Notes under the pieces: generated by a model
Told to the model about the DNA's origin: nothing
The model's input: the letters and a program-made list of their open reading frames with translations, nothing else
Databases searched by the model: none
Sequence record: PV874203.1
Strand: one strand, 5' to 3'
DNA length: 64,000 bases
From: a phage
Shown: positions 49,768 through 59,629 of the stretch, piece after piece
How the letters are laid out: each line of letters starts with the position of its first letter
How positions within the stretch are numbered: position 1 is the first letter of the stretch
Position numbers and translations under genes: made by a program

Positions 49768-50435
49768 TTTTGTTACTCCTTATATAAATTCAATCAACTG
49801 TTACCAACTATATATTAAAGGAAAAGACCGTCAACCAATTATTTTCTAACTTTCTTGCATCCTACTGAAAACTAAAGGAATTTAATTTACCTAACTTTCT
49901 ACATTCAGGGGATTATCTTACTTCTTATTGTTACTTTATAACACTACGGATGTAACGCTATCGCTACGGGTAGCAGACCAACATACCAGGACACGGAGAG
50001 CACACAACCGCAGAACAGACCACGGGGAAACATAGCCAGATAGTGCGGTAATAATATACCACTTAAATAATTAGTTAACTCAAACATCAAAGACGTTCGC
50101 TACGCTCACAAAGGCACGCTGAAAAAGGAAAGAATAAACATCAATAAAAACAATCATTCTTAAAAGAATTATTAAAAGAAACATAATCATCCACTTAATT
50201 AATACATACATACGACGCTACTTCGTAGCTGTGCATTCCATGCACCCATCATATATTGCACTCATAATCATTACTATTGAAACTATTTACACTCAAACTA
50301 TGGGGAGTGGTGACCATCATTAATGGCTTTATTAGCAGACTAATCAGTTGGCCTGTACAGTGTTAGCCTTTCTCTCACTCTTTAAAGGGGTACTAAATAA
50401 ACGGGTAGGTAATGTAATGAGTAGTATACACGGGG

Positions 50436-50474
50436 AAAGAATAACGGGGAGTAGGCACGGGGAAAAGCTGGAAC
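50436..50474 (+). repeat. Three closely spaced ACGGGGA(A/G) direct repeats in the divergent intergenic region
   Basis: TATACACGGGGAAAGAATAACGGGGAGTAGGCACGGGGAAAAGC; a further CACGGGGAAA copy near 50021. Confidence 0.45.
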
Positions 50475-50617
50475 GTTGATAGGGATGTAAAGGCGTTGCC
50501 AATAACCCTTTTTTATTTGAGGACTCCCCCTTTTTTAACAATTCGCCGCGGAGGGCCTAGCCCCACTCGGTCAAATCAGAATTTTAAACACTTATATATA
50601 AGGTTGAAAGAGAACTT

Positions 50618-50782
50618 ATGTGGAAAATTAAGTTAATCATTAAGCAATTCAAATGTGATCATGAGTACTATCGGATACGCAAAGCTTACGGGGATGAAAG
50701 AGTTCACACCCTTTATAAGTCCACTTGGAGATGTAGTAAATGTGGTAAGCTTAAGCACAGCACATGGATGGATAGGCCTTAA
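50618..50782 (+). CDS. Hypothetical small zinc-ribbon protein (54 aa)
   Basis: Hand-translated ORF with CDHEYYR ... CSKCG; first ORF of the plus-strand block. Confidence 0.3.
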   Translation: MWKIKLIIKQFKCDHEYYRIRKAYGDERVHTLYKSTWRCSKCGKLKHSTWMDRP

Positions 50783-50910
50783 CATGACATAGCCTTTATG
50801 AAGGTGCCTTAACATGAAGACTCCTTTAAACCTCTTCCCTTTATCAGCGCACACGGGTTGTTGGTATGAAGGTGCCTTTACGGGTTGGTCTTATGATGTG
50901 CCCTTTATAC
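50775..50910 (+). repeat. Cluster of short direct repeats (GCCTTAACATGA x2, TATGAAGGTGCCTT x2, related TATGATGTGCCCTTTA)
   Basis: Read directly between two tiny ORFs at the start of the late block. Confidence 0.4.
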
Positions 50911-51064
50911 TTTTATTCAGAGGATAGAATATGAAGTTTTTAAAAGAACTACACTCCTTGATTTATAAGGACATAGTGTACTCAGTATCCCGCAATGCAT
51001 GGTTCTACCAAAAAGGTGGCAACGGTGAATGGGTAGATTGAATCTTATTCAGAGGAGATGAATT

Positions 51065-51319
51065 ATGAATTTAGTATTAGATTTTTTATCAGAGTTGGTG
51101 CCTCGGTTTAGAACGGAGACATATGCTTTCGTAGTCAACAGTGACTCTGAAGAAGGGATGGAAGCTACGTGCTTAGGTCGTCTTGTTGACCTAGATGATG
51201 ATACAGATTTCGATATTACAATTGATGTGAGTAGTTTAGGTTGGCTCTTCTTCAGAGCATTCCTCACTTACAAAGTAGAAACGTATAAAGATTACAGCAA
51301 GGGAGATACAGATGAATAA
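51065..51319 (+). CDS. Hypothetical acidic protein
   Basis: 84-aa ORF. Confidence 0.45.
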   Translation: MNLVLDFLSELVPRFRTETYAFVVNSDSEEGMEATCLGRLVDLDDDTDFDITIDVSSLGWLFFRAFLTYKVETYKDYSKGDTDE

Positions 51320-51881
51320 TTTAATCAAAGCGATGGATCTTAATGAGTATAATTCACAGCTATGTCGCTCTGGTTGTAGCTTACAACATTTAGAAACTAT
51401 GGGAAATGTTTCAGGGTTAGCTGTACAAGATTTATATAGTGGAAGTATTCTTAAACCAAATATTACGGAGAACAAAAACATGTTAGATTTGATTCATACT
51501 ACTCGCCCTGATTCTAAAACTAAAAAACAACCATCTACTCTGGAAGTAGTTGAATACGAATCTACTAAACATGATCACCTCCCTGACTATGCTCGTGCAA
51601 TGATTGAGATGATTGAAGAAGCTGAATATGAAATGCTCCATGATTACATTACCTCCAAAGATGAGTGGCATCGTGATGTTCGAATCGAAGAAGACGGTAC
51701 AGAAACAATTACGTGGATTCACAAGAGTGAGTTAGTAGACGACGCACTGCGAGACTACGAAAAATTTTTGGTCGACGGCTCTATTGTTTTAGAGGGAGAG
51801 AAGGGTGTAGAACTTCCGTGGGAGGGTGAGACGATTGCTTTAGGTAAGATGTTCAACCTGTCCGTTGGTGATTGTAAGTAA
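51312..51881 (+). CDS. Hypothetical protein
   Basis: 189-aa ORF. Confidence 0.5.
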   Translation: MNNLIKAMDLNEYNSQLCRSGCSLQHLETMGNVSGLAVQDLYSGSILKPNITENKNMLDLIHTTRPDSKTKKQPSTLEVVEYESTKHDHLPDYARAMIEMIEEAEYEMLHDYITSKDEWHRDVRIEEDGTETITWIHKSELVDDALRDYEKFLVDGSIVLEGEKGVELPWEGETIALGKMFNLSVGDCK

Positions 51882-51887
51882 TGTTTA

Positions 51888-51909
51888 CCTCCCTTGGGAG
51901 GCTTTTTGT
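51888..51909 (+). terminator. Putative rho-independent terminator / attenuator
   Basis: Hairpin CCTCCC-TT-GGGAGG followed by CTTTTTGTG. Confidence 0.4.
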
Positions 51910-51937
51910 GTTGTTGATAATGTAGAAGGAGTATAAA

Positions 51938-52411
51938 ATGTTTGGAGAAAACGGAGAACTCACGCCTGCACAGGTAGCTGAGATTACAGGAAGATTGCCC
52001 GGAGTAACGGAAGAACTTGAAAGCCGTGGTATGAACCCAAGCAATGGGAAGTTTCAAAAGGGAAATAAATTCGGACGACCCAGAGGTAGTAGAGGTAAAC
52101 TGACACAATTAATGTTGGACCGTGTTGCTGCAAGTCATTTGTCTCCTGATGAAGTGTTAATTCAAATTTACGAAGATCCTAATATTCCACCTGATCTTAG
52201 ATTCAAGGCTGCATCAAAAGTTGCAGATCTGGTATATCCTAAGGCGGCCTCTGTTGAAGTTAAGATTGAGGAAGAGAATGTAATCAACGAAGAATCATTG
52301 AATGCACAAATCAAGGACTTCTTGACTGGAGCACTTGGTATCGACGTTATGCCTCCAGAAGAAGACAACTCTGAGGACGCTGAAAAGGGGGAGGAAGCGG
52401 ACGAGAGTTAA
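51938..52411 (+). CDS. Putative terminase small subunit
   Basis: Immediately upstream of the large terminase; HTH-like LTPAQVAEITG, basic Gly-rich segment, acidic C-terminus. Assignment by position and composition. Confidence 0.4.
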   Translation: MFGENGELTPAQVAEITGRLPGVTEELESRGMNPSNGKFQKGNKFGRPRGSRGKLTQLMLDRVAASHLSPDEVLIQIYEDPNIPPDLRFKAASKVADLVYPKAASVEVKIEEENVINEESLNAQIKDFLTGALGIDVMPPEEDNSEDAEKGEEADES

Positions 52412-52529
52412 TTAAAGGAAGCTGTATGGATGCTGGATTCCTAAGTTAACCAGATATGCAGCGAATAAGAGAGGGGGAGGTTCTTTGACGAAGGGACTTT
52501 CCCTTTTCTATTTTTAAACTGGAGGAAGT

Positions 52530-52736
52530 ATGTCATTAGATAAACAAATTTATGAAGCTCTAACTGGTAACAATCTTAGTGTAGAGGAAAAGAAAGCACT
52601 ATTGAATATGTTGAAAGAGCGTGACCAATGGAGGAAGTATAATAGGATTTTGTCTTTCAAGGCGTATGACTTCCAAAAGAAATTTTATGCAGCAGGATTG
52701 AAGCATCGCTTTAGGTTCTTGTGTGCGGCTAACCGT
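52530..52736 (+). CDS. Terminase large subunit (T7 gp19-like), exon 1, ending inside the Walker A motif
   Basis: GGAGG RBS, ATG; translation ends ...YDFQKKFYAAGLKHRFRFLCAANR then an in-frame TAA. Confidence 0.65.
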
Positions 52737-53558
52737 TAACTGTTATTCACCAAGATAACCAACACGAATCTGTCGCAGTATACAAAAGAGATTATCACCT
52801 AAGGCTTAGCTATGGTGGAGCGGTTTAAAAAGTGTGCTAATTGCTGGAAGGCTGTTACGAAAGTTATGCTAATCAGCAGCGAAGCTTAATGTGGGAAACC
52901 TATTAAGAACGTTCAACGACCAGAGATTATTCTCGTAGGGTAAAGTTACCCGAAACGCACACCCCAGAGTGGGATGATATGGTCTATTCTTTTCGGAAAC
53001 GTAAAGCAGGAGAAATTAAAAATATGTTTTTATATCACATCCGTCGTCCGGGTATGTCTTTAGAAGAGGGCTACATCGGAATCACGACAAACACTACAAA
53101 ACGTTTTGCTCAGCATCACAGAGACACTCGAAATAACAACCGACATAATAGGAACTGGCATCTCTATAACGCTCTTCGTAAATATGATGATATAGAGTTC
53201 GTTATCATAGAAGAAGGGGAAGATGAAGTAATTCGACAGAGAGAGTTTGAATTACGCTCGAAACCTAATATGGGTTGGAATCAAGCAGTAGGAGGTTCTC
53301 ATAATGGTGGCAACACTTGGAAAGGCAAACAACGACCTGAACACTCAGAGCTGATGAAGAAGATAGGTTTCCAGAAAGGTAATACCACTGGATCACATCA
53401 TCCAATCATGGCTGAAGGTCAAATATTTGAGAATAAACGTTTAGCGTCAGAAGCTCTTGGAATAAACCCTAAGACAATCTATAATAGATGCAAGAGAGGT
53501 GTTGATGGTTATAAATTTCTCCGGGATGACACTGTTACGGGTGCATCTGAATAAAGAG
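52737..53558 (+). mobile_element. Putative group I intron in the terminase large subunit gene, carrying a GIY-YIG homing endonuclease ORF
   Basis: About 822-nt insert splitting the P-loop: exon 1 ...AANR (last nt U) and exon 2 VGKSYSEA... give AANRVGKS (AxxxxGKS); insert ends in G. An alternative junction (52731/53550) is also rule-compatible. P1-P9 structure not verified. Confidence 0.55.
52979..53554 (+). CDS. GIY-YIG homing endonuclease (insert-encoded)
   Basis: N-terminal YHIRRPGMSLEEGYIGITTNTTKRFAQH matches the GIY-YIG core; basic C-terminal DNA-binding region. Confidence 0.75.
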   Translation: MVYSFRKRKAGEIKNMFLYHIRRPGMSLEEGYIGITTNTTKRFAQHHRDTRNNNRHNRNWHLYNALRKYDDIEFVIIEEGEDEVIRQREFELRSKPNMGWNQAVGGSHNGGNTWKGKQRPEHSELMKKIGFQKGNTTGSHHPIMAEGQIFENKRLASEALGINPKTIYNRCKRGVDGYKFLRDDTVTGASE

Positions 53559-54893
53559 GTTGGTAAATCTTACAGCGAGGCATACGAGTTTGCTTGTCAT
53601 GTCACAGGTCGCTACCCAACTTGGTGGACAGGATATAAATTTAAAAGACCTATCTTAGCATGGGCAGTTGGTATTACAGGGGATTCCACAAGGAAAGTAT
53701 TGCAAAAGGAATTGTTTGGTACACCTATCGGAAAGGATACAAATTTATTAGGGACAGGTGTCATTCCTCGTGATGCTATCGTCATTGATACGATAGAACG
53801 AGATGGTAACAAACTTCAAATCGTACAAATCAAACATCAAAATGAGAGAGGAGAATTTGACGGTTTAAGTACATTAGAATTCCGTTCAACCCAACAGGGT
53901 GAACACACATTGATGGGTGCAACAGTTGACTACATTTGGTTAGACGAAGAAGATCCATATGAGTCTATGGCTATATTCGCACAGTGCGTCACACGTACAC
54001 TCACAACTAAAGGTCTAGTTACAATTACAGCTACACCAGAGAACGGTTTAACTGAACTGGTAGATAAATTTATGAAAGGTGAAGGGGATGAGAACACAGG
54101 TTCTCTATATTTCCAGAATGCTTCTTGGTGGGATGCTCATGCAGACCTAGGTGGACACATCACTGACCAAGATATAAAAGATATGACTGAGGGTATTCCA
54201 GCGTGGCAATTAGAGATGCGTTCAAAAGGTATGCCATTGTTAGGAAGTGGTTTGATATATGATGTATCGGATGACACAATTAAATGTGAACCATTCGAAA
54301 TTCCTGATACGTGGAAACGTGTCTGTGCAATTGATATTGGTATTGATCACCCAACTGCTGCTGTTTGGACAGCTTACGATGCAAACACGGATACTATCTA
54401 TGTTTACGACTCATATAAAGAAGGTGGCTTTACTCCAGTGTATCATGCTCCAGCTATTAATGGTCGTGGTCAGTGGATTCCTGTCATCCTACCGCATGAT
54501 GCGGACAATACTGAGAAAGGTAGTGGTTCATCTGTTGCTCAATTCTATAAGAATGCAGGAGTTAACGTACAGAGTGAGACCTTCTACAACAAAATTGGAA
54601 TGGATGGTAAAAAGAACTTCTTTGTAGAACCGGGAATCACAGATATCCGAGAAAGAATGATGAGTGGACGCTTTAAAGTCTTTAACACAGCCGCTAACGC
54701 TAAGCTATTCGAAGAGAAAGCTAGATATCACCGTAAGGTTGGTAAGATTATTAAAGAACATGATGACTTAATGGATGCAATGCGTTATTCAGCGTGCTCT
54801 GTTACACATCGTGGTCGCTCTAAGCATGATGTTAGCTACGGAAGCGCTTCTTTGTATGAGGCAAACGTAAGCAGATGGAATCAGAGCTACTAA
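53559..54893 (+). CDS. Terminase large subunit (T7 gp19-like), exon 2: rest of ATPase domain and nuclease domain
   Basis: Begins VGKSYSEAYEF (completing Walker A), Walker B VDYIWLDEED. Track ORF starts at a GTG at 53499 inside the insert. Confidence 0.7.
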   Translation, partial: VGKSYSEAYEFACHVTGRYPTWWTGYKFKRPILAWAVGITGDSTRKVLQKELFGTPIGKDTNLLGTGVIPRDAIVIDTIERDGNKLQIVQIKHQNERGEFDGLSTLEFRSTQQGEHTLMGATVDYIWLDEEDPYESMAIFAQCVTRTLTTKGLVTITATPENGLTELVDKFMKGEGDENTGSLYFQNASWWDAHADLGGHITDQDIKDMTEGIPAWQLEMRSKGMPLLGSGLIYDVSDDTIKCEPFEIPDTWKRVCAIDIGIDHPTAAVWTAYDANTDTIYVYDSYKEGGFTPVYHAPAINGRGQWIPVILPHDADNTEKGSGSSVAQFYKNAGVNVQSETFYNKIGMDGKKNFFVEPGITDIRERMMSGRFKVFNTAANAKLFEEKARYHRKVGKIIKEHDDLMDAMRYSACSVTHRGRSKHDVSYGSASLYEANVSRWNQSY

Positions 54894-54954
54894 AGTAAGG
54901 GGGAGGTTTGTCCTCCCTTCTTTTATTTAAGCTATCAACCGAGGGAGAGAATAG

Positions 54955-57198
54955 ATGGCTAAGCAAAAATATAGTGAAGAGGTGTTGGACGAGTTACGTG
55001 TTGACCTTCAACGTCGTTTTAATTACGCTCAAGGTTACGTTGACATGGCTGTTAAGGGCTATGCTCGTGAAGCTTGGGAATATTTCTATGGTAACTTACC
55101 TGCACCAGTAACTGCTGGCAGCTCTAGTTGGGTAGATCGTACTGTTTGGGAATCTGTTAACGGTACACTGCAAGATATTATTAACGTATTCTGTTCTGGT
55201 GATGAAGCGGTTACTTTCGTAGCTGACAACCAACAGGATTCTGATGCTGCTGATGTAGCAACTAAATTAGTTAACCAAATTCTTCTGCGTGACAATCCGG
55301 GATACAACATTATCTCTTCTGCTGCACAAGAATGTCTGGTTACTCGTAACTCTTTTATCAAGTATTATTGGGATGAACAAACTTCTACTCAAACTGAAGA
55401 AGCTGAAGGTGTACCACCGGAAGCGTTGGCTGCATATGTTCAGGGATTAGAAGCTGGTGGACTCAAGAATCTGGAAATCTTCACTGAAGAAAATGAAGAC
55501 GGTACAGTAGATGTTAAAGTTACTTACGAACAAACTGTTAAACGTGTGAAAGTTGAATATGTTCCTTCAGAGCAAATCTTTGTTGATGAACATGCTACCT
55601 CTTTTGCAGATGCACAATATTTCTGCCATCGTGTACGTCGTTCTAAAGAAGATCTGGTTGCTATGGGCTTCCCTAAAGATGAGATTGAAGCATTCAACGA
55701 CTGGACAGACACGATGGATACCACTCAATCTACAGTTGCTTGGTCTCGTACTGACTGGCGTCAGGACATTGATGCTGATATTGGTGTCGACACTGAAGAC
55801 ATCTCTTCTATGGTTTGGGTTTATGAGCACTACATCCGTACTGGTGTTCTAGATAAGAATAAAGAGTCTAAACTCTATCAGGTTATTCAAGCTGGTGAGC
55901 ATATACTTCACACTGAAGAAGTAACTCACATTCCGTTTGTAACCTTCTGTCCATATCCGATTCCGGGTTCCTTCTATGGTCAATCTGTTTATGACATTAC
56001 GAAAGATATTCAGGATTTACGCACCGCGCTAGTTCGTGGTTACATTGATAACGTCAACAATGCTAACTATGGTCGATACAAAGCTCTTGTTGGTGCATAC
56101 GATCGTCGCTCTCTGCTTGATAACCGTCCCGGTGGAGTGGTTGAAATGGAACGTCAGGACGCTATTGACCTGTTCCCATACCATAACCTACCTCAAGGTA
56201 TTGACGGCCTCCTAGGCATGTCTGAGGAGCTTAAAGAGACACGTACTGGTGTAACTAAACTTGGCATGGGTATCAACCCTGATGTGTTTAAGAATGATAA
56301 CGCTTATGCAACCGTAGGCTTGATGATGAATGCTGCACAGAACCGTCTCCGTATGGTATGTCGTAACATTGCTCACAACGGTATGGTTGAATTGATGCGT
56401 GGTATTTACAACCTTATCAGAGAAAATGGTGAAGTTCCTATTGAGGTACAAACCCCTCGTGGTATGATTCAGGTTAATCCGAAACAATTACCAGCTCGTC
56501 ATAATCTTCAAGTTGTTGTAGCTATCTCTCCTAATGAGAAAGCAGAACGTGCACAGAAACTGATTAGCTTGAAACAGCTGATTGCAGCAGATGCACAGTT
56601 AGCACCTCTCTTCGGTTTGGAGCAAGACCGTTACATGACTGCACAGATCTTTGAGTTGATGGGTATTAAGGACACTCATAAATACCTTCTGCCTCTGGAA
56701 CAGTATCAGCCTCCGCAGCCTTCTCCGATGGAAATCCTTCAGCTTGAGATGACTAAAGCACAGGTTGAGAACGTACAGGCTTCTTCTCAGAAGATGATTG
56801 CTGATGCATTCGACCAGCGTGAACGTACTACATTCGAACAGCAGAAAGCTGCGGATGAGTTAAGTCTGCGTCAGGAAGAGTTGCAGTTTAAGCAAGAAAA
56901 TGCAGCAGATGCTATGACTCTGGAAAACCGTAAAGAAGATAACAATGCTACTCTGGAACAAGCTAAGCACAAGTTAGCTCTTATGCAACAGCAGGTCCGT
57001 CAGTATGAATCTGTACTGAAAGAATTGCAGATGGTTATGGAACATCAGGTTGACCAAGAGAAGATTGTTCATCAATCTCGTGTTCAGGATAAAACTTTGG
57101 AACTCCAAAAGAAAGAAGCTAATGTAACTAAGAAAGAGCAACAAGCTTCTCTCAAAGATTCACGGATTCCAGGCAAACGTCTTGGAAGTAAAAAGTAA
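54955..57198 (+). CDS. Portal protein (putative)
   Basis: 747-aa protein directly after the terminase and before scaffold and capsid; assignment by synteny and size. Confidence 0.6.
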   Translation: MAKQKYSEEVLDELRVDLQRRFNYAQGYVDMAVKGYAREAWEYFYGNLPAPVTAGSSSWVDRTVWESVNGTLQDIINVFCSGDEAVTFVADNQQDSDAADVATKLVNQILLRDNPGYNIISSAAQECLVTRNSFIKYYWDEQTSTQTEEAEGVPPEALAAYVQGLEAGGLKNLEIFTEENEDGTVDVKVTYEQTVKRVKVEYVPSEQIFVDEHATSFADAQYFCHRVRRSKEDLVAMGFPKDEIEAFNDWTDTMDTTQSTVAWSRTDWRQDIDADIGVDTEDISSMVWVYEHYIRTGVLDKNKESKLYQVIQAGEHILHTEEVTHIPFVTFCPYPIPGSFYGQSVYDITKDIQDLRTALVRGYIDNVNNANYGRYKALVGAYDRRSLLDNRPGGVVEMERQDAIDLFPYHNLPQGIDGLLGMSEELKETRTGVTKLGMGINPDVFKNDNAYATVGLMMNAAQNRLRMVCRNIAHNGMVELMRGIYNLIRENGEVPIEVQTPRGMIQVNPKQLPARHNLQVVVAISPNEKAERAQKLISLKQLIAADAQLAPLFGLEQDRYMTAQIFELMGIKDTHKYLLPLEQYQPPQPSPMEILQLEMTKAQVENVQASSQKMIADAFDQRERTTFEQQKAADELSLRQEELQFKQENAADAMTLENRKEDNNATLEQAKHKLALMQQQVRQYESVLKELQMVMEHQVDQEKIVHQSRVQDKTLELQKKEANVTKKEQQASLKDSRIPGKRLGSKK

Positions 57199-57207
57199 GG
57201 ACGTCGA

Positions 57208-57444
57208 ATGAACATTAGGCATCAATTCAATAAAGAGCACGCCGCCGCTTTGGCGGCTCTCAATCTTAACGGCAGTCTTGACGCAGCATTAGAGGCATTG
57301 AAAGAAAGACTCATGACAGAGATAGTTCAAACTGAACCTCATGAGAATAAGAAACGCGAAGATTGTTATCAAAAGTATAAAATGGTGGGTAGCTTAAAAG
57401 AGGTCATAAAAGCTGCTATCAATAGTGCAGGAGATGTTTCATAA
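57208..57444 (+). CDS. Hypothetical protein
   Basis: 78-aa ORF between portal and scaffold. Confidence 0.45.
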   Translation: MNIRHQFNKEHAAALAALNLNGSLDAALEALKERLMTEIVQTEPHENKKREDCYQKYKMVGSLKEVIKAAINSAGDVS

Positions 57445-58529
57445 TGCCACAAGATAATTATATTGACCCGAACGATTTTAAATCTTTCCTCCAACTGGAT
57501 GACCTGAAAGGTTCTTTTAAAGAAGAGCTTGGTCGATTAGAATCTGAACAAGAACCAGAAGTGGACATTGACGATGAGTTCCCGGAACAAACCGGTGACG
57601 AATTCGACTTTGATACCGACCTTCTCGGTGAAAGCGATGTGCTTAAGTTCGAAGATGAAGATGGTTGGGAAGATCATGATGAGGAAGGCGAAGTCGAAGA
57701 AGATGAGGACGACTCTGATGAAGGTGCTGAAGACACTGAAGTAGAAGAGGAAGACTCAAGCGATGCAGGGTATGAAGATGATTCTGCTGACGGTGATGGT
57801 GAAGTCTTTGATGTAGACTACGAAACCGTTATCACCCTTCCTGATGGACGTGAGATGACTATTGAAGAACTCTCCAATGGCTATCTTACTGGTGCTGATA
57901 TGACAGAACGAGAAACAACTCTTCAGCGTCATATGGAAGCATTTGAGGAACGTGTAGTAGGTTTGAAGGATGTATTAGAATTAGCGTCTTTAGAAGCAGA
58001 CCGAGTAATTGAAGATTACAACGGATTTGATTGGGACAAGCTTGCAGTAGAAGATCCTCAAGCATATGTTGAAAACAAACGTTTCCTAGAGAAGTACACA
58101 GCTCGTCGTAACCAGCTTGAACAGGCTCAGGTCCGTATTAAGCAGGAAGCAGCAGCTAAAGAGCAGGAAGCTTTCCAAGCCAAGAGCATTGAATGTGTTA
58201 ATATTCTGAAACGTGAGATTCCAAATTGGGATGAAAACTTATATCAAAACTTAATGCAATACGCAATTGACTTAGGTGCTACTGAAGAAGAAGTATTGAA
58301 GGAAAACCGTCCGTCTATTTTCCTAGCTCTCCACAAAGCATACCAATTTGATAAAGGTAAGCAACAGGTGATGGCTAAGATTAAACGTCCCGGTGCTCCA
58401 CGCAAGGTTGTGAAGTCTGATGCTGCAAAGTCTCGTACTTCCAATAAGCCAGACAACGCTAAGGTTGCCAAGGCATTCGCAGAGGGTCGCGTTAGTCACG
58501 AAGACGCATTCAAATTCCTCGTAGATTAA
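57444..58529 (+). CDS. Scaffolding protein (putative)
   Basis: Highly acidic N-terminal half, helical C-terminal half, immediately upstream of the capsid gene. Confidence 0.55.
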   Translation: MPQDNYIDPNDFKSFLQLDDLKGSFKEELGRLESEQEPEVDIDDEFPEQTGDEFDFDTDLLGESDVLKFEDEDGWEDHDEEGEVEEDEDDSDEGAEDTEVEEEDSSDAGYEDDSADGDGEVFDVDYETVITLPDGREMTIEELSNGYLTGADMTERETTLQRHMEAFEERVVGLKDVLELASLEADRVIEDYNGFDWDKLAVEDPQAYVENKRFLEKYTARRNQLEQAQVRIKQEAAAKEQEAFQAKSIECVNILKREIPNWDENLYQNLMQYAIDLGATEEEVLKENRPSIFLALHKAYQFDKGKQQVMAKIKRPGAPRKVVKSDAAKSRTSNKPDNAKVAKAFAEGRVSHEDAFKFLVD

Positions 58530-58570
58530 TCGACAAATTAATTATTTAATAGTATAGGAGCTAACATAAC

Positions 58571-59629
58571 ATGGCTAATCCAACTTTATTTGTATCGTAT
58601 GACCAGAATGGTAAAAAACTTTCTTTTGCTAACTGGATTTCTGTTCTGTCCCCTCAGGATACCCCGTTCGTATCCATGACCGGTAAAGAGTCTATCAACC
58701 AGACTATCTTTAGCTGGCAGACCGATGCACTGGCAAGCGTTGACGCTAATAACGCACACATTGAAGGTTCTCGTGCGGTTGATGGTGAAATGCAACCTAC
58801 CGTAATCAAATCCAACGTTACTCAGATTCTGCGTAAGGTTGTTAAAGTTTCTGATACCGCTAACACCACCGCTAACTACGGTCGTGGTCGTGAACTGATG
58901 TACCAGCTGGAGAAGAAAGGTAAAGAGATCAAACGCGACCTCGAGAAAATTCTTCTGTCTGGTCAGGCTCGTACCGACGTTCTGGCTGACCAGTACCTGA
59001 CTAACTCTGCCGCTGATCCGACTCAGATTGGTAAGAACGACACCCATGCAGCTCGTAAGACTGGTGCATTCCAGTTCCTGTGTGCTCACGGCGGTCTGGC
59101 TGGTGGTGTTGTTGACAAAACCAAGAATGGTCCTGCTGATCCGGATACCGGTGCAGTAACTGTTAAGGTTGCACAGAACGCATCTAACCCGGCTACTAAC
59201 ATCGGCTTTGATGAAGCAGATATCTTTGATATGACTCTGCAACTGTATACCGCTGGTTCTGAAGCAGATATCATCATGATTAACCCGGCTCATGCTAAGA
59301 TCTTCGCTGGTCTGCAAGAAAATACTCAGGGTTCACGTAAGCGTATCTTTGAGAACACCAAGCAGTTCATCTACGAAGTTAACAGCATCACTGACCCGCT
59401 GGGCCAGAGCTACAAAATCATCGTTAACCGTTGGATGCCTACCGATGCAGTTTACTTCTTCCGTAGCGCTGACTGGACCCAGATGGTTCTGCGTGCTCCG
59501 AAACGTACTGAACTGGCGAAAGATGGTTCTTACGAGAAGTGGATGATTGAGATGGAAGTTGGTCTGCGTCACCGCAACCCGTATGCTTCCGGCGTTCTGT
59601 TCACTGCTGCGGGAAAGGCGGCGGCGTAA
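58571..59629 (+). CDS. Major capsid protein (putative), zero-frame product
   Basis: 352-aa protein after scaffold, followed by a terminator; assignment by synteny. Confidence 0.6.
   Translation: MANPTLFVSYDQNGKKLSFANWISVLSPQDTPFVSMTGKESINQTIFSWQTDALASVDANNAHIEGSRAVDGEMQPTVIKSNVTQILRKVVKVSDTANTTANYGRGRELMYQLEKKGKEIKRDLEKILLSGQARTDVLADQYLTNSAADPTQIGKNDTHAARKTGAFQFLCAHGGLAGGVVDKTKNGPADPDTGAVTVKVAQNASNPATNIGFDEADIFDMTLQLYTAGSEADIIMINPAHAKIFAGLQENTQGSRKRIFENTKQFIYEVNSITDPLGQSYKIIVNRWMPTDAVYFFRSADWTQMVLRAPKRTELAKDGSYEKWMIEMEVGLRHRNPYASGVLFTAAGKAAA
59611..59617 (+). other. Candidate -1 programmed ribosomal frameshift slippery heptamer G_GGA_AAG
   Basis: GGGAAAG lies 10 nt before the capsid stop; the -1 frame is open from here to 60156. 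Confidence 0.5.

Noticed and set aside
53499-53558. GTG at 53499 as an independent start of the large terminase
   Set aside because: It lies inside the insert, overlaps the GIY-YIG ORF and would yield a terminase with half a Walker A motif; the upstream 69-aa ORF supplies the missing half.
58586-59317. 243-aa minus-strand ORF inside the capsid gene
   Set aside because: Antisense to a strongly supported structural gene in a plus-strand operon; low-complexity translation.
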